A DNA stretch of 63,943 bases, filler included, from Octopus bimaculoides (lineage: Eukaryota), in assembly GCF_001194135.2 (NCBI RefSeq). It is 7 parts of 7 records of this genome, joined end to end, with 100 filler letters (N's around TTAATTAATTAA, not from the genome) between each part and the next. Parts side by side here need not be neighbours in the genome. Positions count along the whole stretch, not along the records: positions 29,388 to 50,275 come from NC_068989.1; positions 50,376 to 56,687 come from NC_068984.1; positions 56,788 to 62,649 come from NC_068993.1; positions 62,750 to 63,943 come from NC_068981.1; 3 more parts are not named here. One strand, written 5' to 3'. The notes below the pieces were generated by a model. That model was given only the letters and a program-made list of their open reading frames with translations, did no database searches and was not told where the DNA came from. The position numbers were made by a program, and so were the translations under genes. Below, one piece after another: positions 50,091 to 63,171 of this stretch (position 1 is its first letter; each line of letters begins with the position of its first letter).

Positions 50091-50680
50091 AGGAATTTTC
50101 AATGGCCGGATAACTGAAGAGATGTTTGCGTGGGTTCCCACCCCGGCATCCGAAACTCGGAGTTTTATCATGGCTACCGAATAAGTGTCATATTTTTACA
50201 GATAAATTCCTTTATTTGCATAATATCGAAGTCTCATTCTTTTTTGTTGTCCTTCCTATCAATAATATATATATANNNNNNNNNNNNNNNNNNNNNNNNN
50301 NNNNNNNNNNNNNNNNNNNTTAATTAATTAANNNNNNNNNNNNNNNNNNNNNNNNNNNNNNNNNNNNNNNNNNNNAGGGAGGGTGAAGGAGATATATACA
50401 TTTCTTTGCCAGCGTCTGTGTGGTAAGCAGCAATCAAACAGAAAAAATACCCCCTCTCTCTCTCTCTCTCTCTCCCTCTCTCTATCTCTCCCTCCCTTAC
50501 ATACACATCCCAGTTATCTCTCTTTCTTTCATTCTCACACACACAGCAACATTACACACCAAACACATGTTGCCAAAAAGAAATAGACACTATCTTTTTA
50601 TAGTGAGTATGCCAGACAGAAAGTGTGGTGTGTAATTGAAGTTGTTTTGTTAGTGTGAGAGAGCAGCATGTGTGTGTGTG

Positions 50681-50748
50681 TAATGTTGCTGTGTGTGTAA
50701 TGCTGCTGTGTGTGTAATGTTGCTGTGTGTGTAATGTTGCTGTGTGTG
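50681..50748. repeat. 17-bp minisatellite (taatgttgctgtgtgtg) x4
   Basis: Units start at 50681, 50698, 50715 and 50732. Confidence 0.95.
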
Positions 50749-51463
50749 TGAGACGGGGAGAGAGAGAGAGAGAAAGAAAGAAAGAAAGAAAGAAAGAGAG
50801 ATAAATGTGTGTAAGGGAGGGAGAAAGATAGAGAGGGAGAACGCGCTCTCTCTATCTCTGCCGAATTGATGTAAACAAACCATGTGGTCTGATTTTCACG
50901 TTTCTAGGTATTGTACCGTAAATCGCCATTTCCAAAATATATTTATTTCAAATCATTTATCCGTATATTATGTAAGGCAAGGTGTGTGTGTTTTGTTGAT
51001 ATACGGGCAACACACACACATACATACGAACATGTATGCGTACAAAAAATATGTATGCAATTGGTGTACATACGTGCGTGTGTGTATGTGTGTGTTGCTC
51101 ATATNNNNNNNNNNNNNNNNNNNNNNNNNNNNNNNNNNNNNNNNNNNNNNNNNNNNNNNNNNNNNNNNNNNNNNNNNNNNNNNNNNNNNNNNNNNNNNNN
51201 NNNNNNNNNNNNNNNNNNNNNNNNNNNNNNNNNNNNNNNNNNNNNNNNNNNNNNNNNNNNNNNNNNNNNNNNNNNNNNNNNNNNNNNNNNNNNNNNNNNN
51301 NNNNNNNNNNNNNNNNNNNNNNNNNNNNNNNNNNNNNNNNNNNNNNNNNNNNNNNNNNNNNNNNNNNNNNNNNNNNNNNNNNNNNNNNNNNNNNNNNNNN
51401 NNNNNNNNNNNNNNNNNNNNNNNNNNNNNNNNNNNNNNNNNNNNNNNNNNNNNNNNNNNNNNN

Positions 51464-51832
51464 GCCTAGCATATAACAAATCTGAAAATTCAGAAAAAAT
51501 TGTATTACACGTGTATAAGGGATGACCACTAGGTGGACATCCAATATGCTAGAAAGAGGTCATCAACGACCCAACCACAAAGAAAAATAATGTTCTCCAT
51601 ATTCCTAACCCATGATCAAAGAGGGGTTAGATGATGGCGGTGGTGTTTTCAAAGGGATGGCATGTGTAACCTGATCACTTCTGCCGATCAAACTCTCAAC
51701 CTATGCGCTCCAGTTGCAACACTGATTCTGCCCAAATTTGACGTCATGTTACTTAGTTTGGTTTGAAATAAAGAACTTGATTAGCTTAATAATCCCAACT
51801 TAATCCCGGGCAAAGCCGGGCTATACTGCTAG
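51464..51832 (+). mobile_element. Non-autonomous Helitron 3' portion
   Basis: Hairpin cccgggcaaagccggg at 51805-51820, then CTAG at 51829-51832 followed by T. Confidence 0.75.
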
Positions 51833-52211
51833 TGTATATATATGCGTGTGTGAGTGTGTGTGTGTATGTATGTATGTATGTATGTATGTATGTATGTATA
51901 CAGTGGATTCTTCTGTCGACTTCGACGTATGAAAGCCCGACAGCCGTATATAGCTGTTAGGCTATCCCTACATACCTTTTTTATTTAAAGGTCTGTGTAG
52001 GGCTATCCACGGTTACGGGAAACGCTGAGAGCAGAAAATTGGTGCAAACGTTTACCACAGAATCACAGAACAATATACCTCAGGCTTTCTGTTAAGAGTT
52101 CTCTGTCCCTTTTGGTTCGTAGCCTTCGCTACTGCATACAGCCGAACCCACGTTGGTAGGCTAAATGCGCGTTCTGGGTACCAAGCTAATAATGTATCCA
52201 TGGCTCACATG

Positions 52212-52424
52212 CTGTGCTCGCGATGCTTAATCAACCTAGAGGAGGTGGGAGTTTCAGTGACAAGAACTGGTATCATCATGGGATCAAAGGACTGGCAGAA
52301 AGTTGGCTTCAGACGGTGCAACAAGATGGCCTCCACTTTGAATGCTAGGCTACGTTTGTTGCGATTTAATGAATGAAGGAAATAAGCTACCAAAATATTG
52401 CAAAACTTTCAAATCAACACATTA
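52212..52424 (+). mobile_element. Mariner 3' relic
   Basis: NLEEV / FSDKNWYHHGIKGLAESWLQTVQQDGLHFEC*, then ttgcaaaactttcaaat and TA. Confidence 0.7.
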
Positions 52425-52435
52425 TATAAATATAC

Positions 52436-52467
<32 letters not shown>

Positions 52468-52773
52468 NNNNNNNNNNNNNNNNNNNNNNNNNNNNNNNNN
52501 NNNNNNNNNNNNNNNNNNNNNNNNNNNNNNNNNNNNNNNNNNNNNNNNNNNNNNNNNNNNNNNNNNNNNNNNNNNNNNNNNNNNNNNNNNNNNNNNNNNN
52601 NNNNNNNNNNNNNNNNNNNNNNNNNNNNNNNNNNNNNNNNNNNNNNNNNNNNNNNNNNNNNNNNNNNNNNNNNNNNNNNNNNNNNNNNNNNNNNNNNNNN
52701 NNNNNNNNNNNNNNNNNNNNATGTATATATATATATATATTCATATGCATTTTATGTATTTTAAATGTATATA

Positions 52774-52843
<70 letters not shown>

Positions 52844-53379
52844 CACACGTACATTTTACTAGTAAATATTTATACATATGTGATTAAATTTCTGAAGTTG
52901 GATTCTGCTTAAATTCAATTTTTCGCATCTTATAAATATTTTGGTTTTGGACAGAAATTTAAAAATAAAATGAAATAATTATTGATATCCATTTAAAATA
53001 GTTCCATTAGTGTGAATATGATGAGGCTGTTCAAGTATTTTATAGATTATATTGATCTAAAAGCAAACCGATATCATGAGATCATATAATTAAGTTTTGA
53101 TACTGTGTAGTGTTAGCTTTCACTTCTTTCTAATTGACAAAATTCTTATGATATAAATAAAACTTCATAGCGATGTAGAATGCCAAAATTTACTGTAGCG
53201 CAGAACGTCTTCTGATATTTAGTTTTATTTTAATTTAGAATGAGTGAAACAACAAAATTTGTATTACGCCATTCTTTGGCTAATAAATGAAAATCTACTT
53301 AGACTGGAGATGAATCAGATGGTGTGCATTTCTATCTAAATGAGTGACTTCGTAAAAATATTCAAATATTCAACCAGCC

Positions 53380-53760
53380 AAGTGACCTCTCCTGTGTTCA
53401 GAAGTCGGCTTACCGAGACTCTCCAGTTCCCTCCGTGTTGCTGAATTCATACAATCAACCAGGCTTTTGTTTCCAATCCATTATTTGATGTCATCAGTTC
53501 ACAAATATCTCCACTGCCTCTTGCTCTCTCCACCTCCACACCTCCTTCTAGGATGGTCTTGAGAAATGACTCATGGTGCAACCAATTTCCCGGCAATAGG
53601 TGTCTTTATACTTTCAGACATTCTAGTATTGCATCATTTGTTACCCGCCCAATTTACGAAAGATCCATATCTCAAAGGCATCTATCATCTTTTCCATTGC
53701 TTTGTACATTGTCCAAGTTTCTGCTCCATAGTAATCATGTGAATAAAGATACTGGTAATA
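53380..53760 (-). mobile_element. RTE LINE C-terminal relic
   Basis: YGAETWTMYKAMEKMIDAFEIWIFRK, FLKTILEG, TDDIK*WIG. Confidence 0.75.
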
Positions 53761-56609
53761 CAAGAAATATTTTCAGTTATACAATTTAGTCACAGTACAA
53801 ATCTGCAAATGGCTTGTACCTCACTGATTTTGTCTGCTTTGTAAATTTAGTGTCGCTGTTGTTGTTTAGCCTCAGCTTAGTCCTCGGTGTAAAGGAAGTA
53901 CTGATAAAAGTTCTTACACGCAAAATCATCCCATATTTTTCAACAATAGTGTCTCAGTGATTATATCATCCACTGTAACATACCTTCTTTTATTGTGGAG
54001 TTTAGGTGTGAACTTTTGGTGGGATTTGGCTGTTATTCCTAGACGATCGAGCAACCGCACTGTAGATCACGCATTATCTTATCGAACCATATATTTTCTG
54101 ACTTTGTATGTAACATTACAGTTCAGGAAAAGGAAGCAGATGCTGTTTCGTTTGATGTTGCAGACCCATGGGATGAAGGCTGAGATCTATCCGTTGAATG
54201 GGAGAGTACCAAGTACCTTTTGCAGTATTTCAGGAAGCCGGAATGGCAGTCATGGCTGCTACTCCCATTCGAGATTGGCTACATTGGAATCTCTACCCAG
54301 TCAGTATGGAGAATGGTTATCATTCATAAGGATAAGAAAGAGAAAGTCGGTCATTCACAGGATGGGAGAGGCAACAAAAAGAGCCTCTTGCAGGTTATAG
54401 AGTAAGTCTGAGCGTTTAAGTTGGAAGTCAGGAGGAAATGATGAGAGGTGATTTGGTCACCACTACTAAGTTACCAACGGGACGGATTGATAGACACCAT
54501 CAGATGACATCAATTCCTCTAGGTAAAAGCTTCCTTCAGCTAAGCTGAATGAAAAAGAATCTTCTATTCTATTATATGTAATCAATTGTGAAAAGGGTTT
54601 TACATATTTGTCGGAACTACAAACATTAAATGTTGGAGTTTGAAATTCATGATTTAGAGTGGGTTGTGCTGATGACAGACAAACATATCTGTGTGTTTCT
54701 GAGTGTACCCTGTCGGTCTATTATAAGCGATATTCTCAAACATATTTATATTTCTGAGAGTCATGTGACCTGAGAGATGTATAGGTAAATGTCTTCACTT
54801 TAGACAACTCTCAAGTTGATTTGATCGCAAGATATTGGTGTTTATTGTCTTAAAACGTTATTTACAGGGTTAATTAACTGCAAAGAAGACATTGATCAAA
54901 TAAATCCACCATGAACCTTGGTTTCTAATTAACTCTTCAAGTCAATGAAAACATCACTTTCAGAACAATATTTTCTGTCCGATCCAGCGGTATATTTGAC
55001 AACAACAAAAAAAGCAAAAACAAGAAACACTCTATGTGTATGCTACAACAACGTCTCTTATGTATATATATACNNNNNNNNNNNNNNNNNNNNNNNNNNN
55101 NNNNNNNNNNNNNNNNNNNNNNNNNNNNNNNNNNNNNNNNNNNNNNNNNNNNNNNNNNNNNNNNNNNNNNNNNNNNNNNNNNNNNNNNNNNNNNNNNNNN
55201 NNNNNNNNNNNNNNNNNNNNNNNNNNNNNNNNNNNNNNNNNNNNNNNNNNNNNNNNNNNNNNNNNNNNNNNNNNNNNNNNNNNNNNNNNNNNNNNNNNNN
55301 NNNNNNNNNNNNNNNNNNNNNNNNNNNNNNNNNNNNNNNNNNNNNNNNNNNNNNNNNNNNNNNNNNNNNNNNNNNNNNNNNNNNNNNNNNNNNNNNNNNN
55401 NNNNNNNNNNNNNNNNNNNNNNNNNNNNNNNNNNNNNNNNNNNNNNNNNNNNNNNNNNNNNNNNNNNNNNNNNNNNNNNNNNNNNNNNNNNNNNNNNNNN
55501 NNNNNNNNNNNNNNNNNNNNNNNNNNNNNNNNNNNNNNNNNNNNNNNNNNNNNNNNNNNNNNNNNNNNNNNNNNNNNNNNNNNNNNNNNTATATATATAT
55601 ATATATCTGTACTCACATATATACTACAAATACGCAAACACATACTAGCACTGATATATTAATCGATGTACACACTTAATGGTTATCTAATCCTTAATCT
55701 TTAAAAAAAAAACCCATTAGTTGACGGGATAAGGATCATTATTTTTTCCTCTTATTTCGTGTTTTTAACAGGAATGCTACTTGCAATATAAACTACGAGC
55801 ATAAGTATTTAGAGGCATAACTATTTTTTTTTCTTCTATCCCCTCACTCGAAAGCTAACATTAGAATTATCGTTTGAATGGATTGGTTTTTCATTCCGTG
55901 TAAACACTCCTAAATTATCCTTAGCATCTCCTTGTTTTTTTTTGTTTTCGGTAACGCAAAACTAATGATCGTAGCAGAACATTTTAGCTTACCATAGCAC
56001 TTGAAACGTCTTATCTCTTCTAGAACGAAAAGAATTTTTTTTTTTTTGCCACCCGACTATGTCATATTGACATTGGAATGGTAACGATCCCAGCGAAATA
56101 GAGTTATTTGATGGAATGTTGCCATTATTTCATCGATGAATCAATCTGAATGCGGTGCCTCCTTGTAATTTCAATGTTTGGTAACATTCCCAATATTAAC
56201 CTATTTATTTAAGATGGCAATAGATTATGTTTCTTATACTTGCGAGTAAATATCGCCTCACCAGCGATATCGAATGCTTTACTGTCTAAAGAGTGTTAAC
56301 ACTTGATTTTGCTGTCTTTTCGGCAATATCGACTGAAAGAATGTCGACAAAGAAATTATCTCTGGCTTTCCTATTTGCACGACATTGGTATTATACTTGG
56401 CACCATCTCCATTATCTCTTCTTTCGACTAAGAATTAATGATAATCTGATTCACATTTCCTTTTACAACATTCACTGTTTTCCTGCTTGGACATTCTGAA
56501 CAAATAGTTTAGTTTTTATTAACATAGTTTTTATTGCGTATGCTCACACACACAAACACATACACGCACACACATAAAATGATGTATATAATATATATAT
56601 ACATATACG

Positions 56610-56653
<44 letters not shown>

Positions 56654-57319
56654 ATGTATTTAATTGTGTGTATATATACATATATATNNNNNNNNNNNNN
56701 NNNNNNNNNNNNNNNNNNNNNNNNNNNNNNNTTAATTAATTAANNNNNNNNNNNNNNNNNNNNNNNNNNNNNNNNNNNNNNNNNNNNTTGCGTCCTGGAG
56801 TCGATCTAATCAACTAGTTCCCTCCCCCAAAATTTCGGGCCTTGTTCCTAGAGTAGAAAAAAAAGATCTCAGCACTTAATTGGGTAGTTTTATTTATTTA
56901 ATTATAATTTGTCACAGAGAAGTTTTTTTTTTTTTTTTTTGCACATCAAACAGGACCACACTGACAATCAACTGAATATATGTTGTAGAGCTGCTGAGGA
57001 TTCAATGTTGATTTAATCACGTTAAGTTCGGATTCAGAATCCGTCAGTTACACAGTGTGAGGTTTCTGAAAATTTCGTTTGAAAAAAAAGGAAGAAATGC
57101 GGTGTGTGAAAGGACACATATACATATATGTGTGTGTATGCGTGTGAAGTGGAAGAGTGTGCATGTGTGTGTGTGTGTGCGCGTGTGTGTTGTACGTGTG
57201 TATGTTGTACGTGTGTACTAGAAGCGTGCAGAGTTCATTAGGTGTTTGCGTGTGGTAACTAGTATTACAAGCCATCTGTTTCAAACGCATTGATTTGTAA
57301 TCACAATTACCATACAGCA

Positions 57320-57371
<52 letters not shown>

Positions 57372-57393
57372 GCACGCACATATACATACACAT

Positions 57394-57469
<76 letters not shown>

Positions 57470-58109
57470 CTCTGTGTCAAAAATATGGAGGAGAGAGGTT
57501 TGTTAATCAGTACGGAAAGAGACAAACAGGCAATGTTGTAATTGTTGTTACCCGGGTGTTTATTCTACCAAATGTCAAGTGATTAAGCGATGAATAATTC
57601 AGGGTGAAGTTCAAACTGGTTCCTACTTTATTTACCATTTTATCTCGCTGATAATTTTATTTGACATTATATTTTACAAATATTTGCTTTCAGTGAGGCG
57701 TAGAAGAGAGATTAATATTTAAGTGTGAAATTTAGCGTGAACACCCAGATGAACATCGTATATATTCCACTTGTAAGCGTCTTAGATCCACTATTTAGAC
57801 AATCTCAATAAACCAATAAAAATGGGGTATTCCTACTGGTTGACCCCTAACACAACATTGAGAATTTTTATTTAAAAACGAAAAGAGAGCGATGTAATTA
57901 CGTTTGAGGAAATCAGATTAGAATCGAAAGTTCAAATAGTGAGGACGAGATAAAATACGTTGTTGTCTTTGTTTTGTTGGGGGTTTTTTTTTGGTTTTTT
58001 GGGGGGTTTTTTGTTTAATTTAATAATATTAATTCTACGAGTCAACGGGTCGGAGTCATCAGGAATGGGGGAACATTGGACTAAATGCTTTACAATATTT
58101 ACTTTCGAA

Positions 58110-58359
58110 AAGCGGCGAGCTGGCAGAAACGTTAGTACGCCGGGCGAAATGCTTAACGGTGTCTCGTTTACCGTTACGTTCTGAGTTTAAATTCCAGCCA
58201 GGTCGACTTTACCTTTTATCCTTTCGGGGTCGATAAATTAAGTACCAGTTGTGTACTGGAGTCGATGTAATCGACTTAATTCCTTTGTTTGTTCCCTCTA
58301 TGTTTAGCCCCTTGTGGACAATAAAGAAATAAGAATCGTTAGCACGCTGGGCGAAATGC
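58110..58359 (+). mobile_element. SINE family B (long-tail variant) followed by a second B head remnant
   Basis: Full head, core and ttagccccttgtggacaataaagaaataag tail, then aatcgttagcacgctgggcgaaatgc. Confidence 0.88.
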
Positions 58360-58900
58360 ACAAAACAAAAACAAACACTGGGAAAAACACTGCATGGATG
58401 CTGTACTCTTTCCCATATGCCCTTTAGATTCGGTACTCTTTTTACACATGCCTATCGTTAACAAATCCAGAGATTTCTGAAGAGTTTTTATGTAAAACGA
58501 TATCTGTATGAAGATACAAGAGATAATATCGATACAATGACACATAAATGCTAAATGCTTAGTCAACATAACATATTTATGCTTTGAGAATATCAAATCG
58601 TTTATAACCCGATGGCATTTTCAAATGCCCTCAACCATTTGCCATTTGATTGCATTGATATTGTTTTCACTACAAATATATGAAAGATATGGCTCCATTT
58701 TGTTACAATCGTAACATTTAATATTTTTGTCAGCCTTCTAATCAGAATGTCACATAAATAGTTCTTATACCACGAAAAGAAGAAATATATTGTTATACGC
58801 GGGGATGGTCATCTTTTGCCAATAAACACACGCGATATTTATTTGATTTTCACTTTATTATTATTGCTATTATTATTACTACTACTACTACTAACTACTA

Positions 58901-59068
58901 AGGCGGCGAGCTGGCAGGATCGACCCCAGTGCGCAACTGGTACTTAATTTATCGACTCCGAAAGAATGAAAGGCAAAGTTGACCTCGGCGGAATTTGAAC
59001 GCAAAGACAGACGAAATACCGCTAAGCATTTCGTCCGACATGCTAACGTTTCTGCCAGCTCGCCGCCC
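58901..59068 (-). mobile_element. SINE family B with an inverted 16-bp copy of its own head at its far end
   Basis: ggcggcgagctggcag at 58902-58917 and its reverse complement at 59052-59067. Confidence 0.85.
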
Positions 59069-59619
59069 TACCACAGATTATATTAAAAAAATAAAAAGAA
59101 CATCGTAACTGTCCCTATCCCGAAATATAATCAAATGTGGTACCGCGGTTATGGTAAGCAACTGGAATAAATATCTTAACTGTGATATGTTACATCCTTT
59201 AAAAAACTAATTATAGACAGGTTTATAAGTATGATGAAATAAATTATCTAATTTTGATTCCTCTAGTTTCCAGATGATATTTGCCAGATTGCCAAATGGA
59301 CAAAAATATGTTTATACTGAAACAACAAACGGTTTCATGAAGCTAAAGATGGTACTTATGGAAGACCAATTATTTTCTTCATACCTGTGCTCATTTTAAC
59401 AAAATACGTTTCTTTTCATCAAATATTTCTTTTAGGCCACCGTACATTTCTCAGTTTCTCAAATAACCATCTTTGCAGAAGAATTCCACCTCTTTTCACT
59501 ACAAATATTTCTTGTTTTCGCAATTTTCATGAGCGTTCTTCAAAGTATTTGATATACCATCAGTTTATTTCCTACAGAAATACTCTAATCTCCAAACAAG
59601 TATAATCTCAGTTCGTGGA

Positions 59620-59765
59620 TCTTTTGTCTCTTACTTGTTTCAATCACTTGAACGCGGCCATGCTGGGGCACCGCCTTCAAGAATTTTTAGTCGAATGAAT
59701 GGACCTCAATATTTTTTTAAAACCCGATTGTCAAGCAGTAATGGTGGGCAAACACACACACACAG
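59620..59765 (-). mobile_element. SINE family A 3' half
   Basis: cggccatgctggggcaccgcc tail. Confidence 0.75.
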
Positions 59766-60309
59766 ATATACATATATATATATATATATATANNNNNNNN
59801 NNNNNNNNNNNNNNNNNNNNNNNNNNNNNNNNNNNNNNNNNNNNNNNNNNNNNNNNNNNNNNNNNNNNNNNNNNNNNNNNNNNNNNNNNNNNNNNNNNNN
59901 NNNNNNNNNNNNNNNNNNNNNNNNNNNNNNNNNNNNNNNNNNNNNNNNNNNNNNNNNNNNNNNNNNNNNNNNNNNNNNNNNNNNNNNNNNNNNNNNNNNN
60001 NNNNNNNNNNNNNNNNNNNNNNNNNNNNNNNNNNNNNNNNNNNNNNNNNNNNNNNNNNNNNNNNNNNNNNNNNNNNNNNNNNNNNNNNNNNNNNNNNNNN
60101 NNNNNNNNNNNNNNNNNNNNNNNNNNNNNNNNNNNNNNNNNNNNNNNNNNNNNNNNNNNNNNNNNNNNNNNNNNNNNNNNNNNNNNNNNNNNNNNNNNNN
60201 NNNNNNNNNNNNNNNNNNTATATATATGTATATATATCAAGATGGGCTACAGCAAATATTCTGCTCAATACCGCAGATTTGCTTTCTGTTGCTTGACCTT
60301 AACCAGTTA

Positions 60310-60676
60310 ATCATGTCCCTTGGTGACTGACGATATGTGCATCTCTGATCACGAACAGGAGTAGCCATGTGTTGGGAGGAATTCACTGGTGTTTGAATAA
60401 TTCACTTCAAGAAACCTGGGTGTTTCGTTCATCATCCTTAAACAAACCTTATTCAGTAACTTTTTGAGTAGACTGGGCTACTCGAAAATTCCAACCGGGC
60501 CCCACCTGCAAGGTCACGCGCTGTTTATCTTGATATAAGATTACCATGTCGCGCACATATCGTTGTGATGCATGTGCCTGGTGTACCCTTATCAGACTAG
60601 TAATGATGGCATCGTATATTGGGCTTCGTAAATTTATCCCTAAGTATTATTCCGATGGCATGTGTTGCTCCCTCTC

Positions 60677-60735
<59 letters not shown>
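60310..60735 (+). repeat. Interspersed repeat family E ending in (AAT)n, retroposon-like
   Basis: Homologous to 32690-32880; ends gcatgtgttgctccctctc(aat)n. Confidence 0.65.
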
Positions 60736-60736
<1 letters not shown>

Positions 60737-62204
60737 CTTTTCTATTTTCCTCATTTTCTTTCCGAGGATGGAACAAATCGCTACTGCATGGATATCTTAT
60801 CTTCTTCTGCAGGGAAATGCGCCGTAAGTATATCTCTTCTTGAAACAGCTGTAAGAGCATGTGTACACCTTCCTACTTTTTTTTATATTTCTTATGATCT
60901 ACTCTATCGTAACAACTCAGAAATCATGTTTAAATATACAAACACCATAATTTAAACTCATTCCAGTTGTTTACCTGTTCGTTATTTATTTCTACTGTAT
61001 ACGTAACTGTTCGATGATAAACCACCTTTGGCCATTCATTGCTAGGCAGCTATAACATCTCTGCCTTTTGTTTTTAGTCGCAGTTGAAGTTGGAGTTTTA
61101 GGTGGTAAGTCAACTTGAGTATTTATTGTATGTAATTATTACATTACGTCATTAGACGGAATATTACCAGAACTTCATGTGTATAAATATGGGTAAAATA
61201 TAAAGTTTCAACACTCGTGACGAACCCTTTTCGGTGCCCAGGATTTCTGGATACGATGAGGGGACTCATTAAAGGCGATGCAAAGAACAAAGCATTATCT
61301 TTGCGCTTAAACAGCTTTTCTTTTTGGTTTAAACAAACAAGTTCTTTTCTTTTTCCTAAGGTCACCCCTATCCCGAACGTATTGTTCTCAGCTGTGTTAA
61401 TGCTTTTCTCATATACGTTTACATACGTATGAATGTCTGTGTGTAGTTGCAGTTACACATGTATGGATGCAGAACGCTTGTAAGAATGTGCGAATACTCT
61501 CATGCACGTGTGTGCACATGTGCACCCAAGGCTATCTCTCTCTATATATATATATGCATTCGTATGCCAATGCATACAGCAATAATGTGCATACAGGTGT
61601 TGTGCGAATATACACATTATTGTTCTCCAGGATGCCTTGCATATTTACATGCAGGTGTGAATGTGTGAGAACATGCGAGCAAACAGCAACTTTCTACCAT
61701 TTATCTGTGCATATCTCGTAGGCTGATTTCAACTCTGTATGTGTGTGTGCGCGCATGTGTGTGCGCGCATGTGTGTGCGCGCGCGTGTGTGTGTGTGCGC
61801 GTGTGTGTGCGCGCGTGTGTGTGTATCTGTAGATTTTGTTATTGTCAAGCTGTCTACCTATCTTTGACCTTCAACCAGCCAACAGAAAGACCAACAGTCT
61901 TCCTCTGCCTTCTCGTTCTTGTTCTCGTTTCACCCCCAACTCTCCACTCTCTTTCCTTCCTCTACCGCTCTCTCTCCCCCTCCCCCTTTCTCACTTATTC
62001 TCTCTTCCTCTAACCACTCTCTCCCACGAATTTGCAATAACTAAACTCCTGCCATTTTCAATAATTCTTCACTATTTTCATGATCTCTTATTCTGACGAA
62101 AAGGAAAAATAACCTTCCCGAAGAATAGCTCGGTCCAAAACATCAAAAATCTTTTCTCTAAACAACAAACTTGCTAAACAAACTTTATGCAGCTGATATT
62201 CGCA

Positions 62205-62649
62205 GAGGCAGCAACTCGGCAGAGTCGTCAGAGCGTCGGAAAGAATGCCTCATTGTATTTTCTTACTCTGAGTTCAAATCCAACCGAGGCCAACTTTGCT
62301 TTTCGTTTTTACGGTTTTGATAAAAACTGTATAAGTCCAAGGTGGAGGATTGGCGGAAGTAAGACCTTCGGACCTGATCAGCTACTTGTTCCGGCTCTTT
62401 GCATTCTCACTTCAAATACGAATCTCACTAAGACTTGCTTAGGGGAATTTGAACTCAGAACGTAGCGACGGACCAAATGCCGCTAAGCATTTTGCCCGGC
62501 ACGCTTACGATTTTGCCAACCCACCGCCTTTCCGCCAGCTCGCATAGATATATATTCATTTCTACTCTAGGCACGAAGCCCGAAATTTTGGGGGAGGGGG
62601 CCAGTCAATTAGATCGACCCCAGTATGCAACTGGTACTTAATTTATCGA
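62205..62649. mobile_element. Cluster of SINE family B pieces (+ 62205-62330; - 62440-62530; - 62560-62649)
   Basis: Head, core and tail motifs as in the other B copies. Confidence 0.75.
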
Positions 62650-62749
62650 NNNNNNNNNNNNNNNNNNNNNNNNNNNNNNNNNNNNNNNNNNNNTTAATTA
62701 ATTAANNNNNNNNNNNNNNNNNNNNNNNNNNNNNNNNNNNNNNNNNNNN

Positions 62750-62797
<48 letters not shown>

Positions 62798-62952
62798 TGT
62801 ATATATATATGTATGTATATATATATATACGTGTGTGCATGTATGTATATACTTTTTATAGCTGTCTATGCATATGTGTATATATGTAAGTATATACACG
62901 TTTGTGTATATTTCTCTGCGTGTGTTCGCTTCTGTGTACACACATATATATA

Positions 62953-62983
<31 letters not shown>

Positions 62984-63127
62984 ACACTGAATTAGTCAAA
63001 AATGCATATACGCATGCATACGTGCGTATCTGCGTAAAATACAACAACAAAAATAAAATTACTAAAATACACCGATTCCATTTGAAGAGCAACAGAATGG
63101 GTTTAATCAAAAAGGAAGACCGACCAA

Positions 63128-63171
<44 letters not shown>

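Noticed and set aside
52205-52393. Minus-strand ORF resembling a GIY-YIG C-terminus
   Set aside because: The plus strand gives a much better mariner C-terminus followed by a TIR-like end, so the minus ORF is its antisense shadow.
53957-54400. 147-aa plus-strand ORF
   Set aside because: No recognisable motif; the region may be decayed retroelement sequence beside the RTE relic, but I could not assign it.
56100-56500. Possible RT relic (minus-strand DSKAFD)
   Set aside because: A single short motif without the neighbouring RT motifs; too weak to call.
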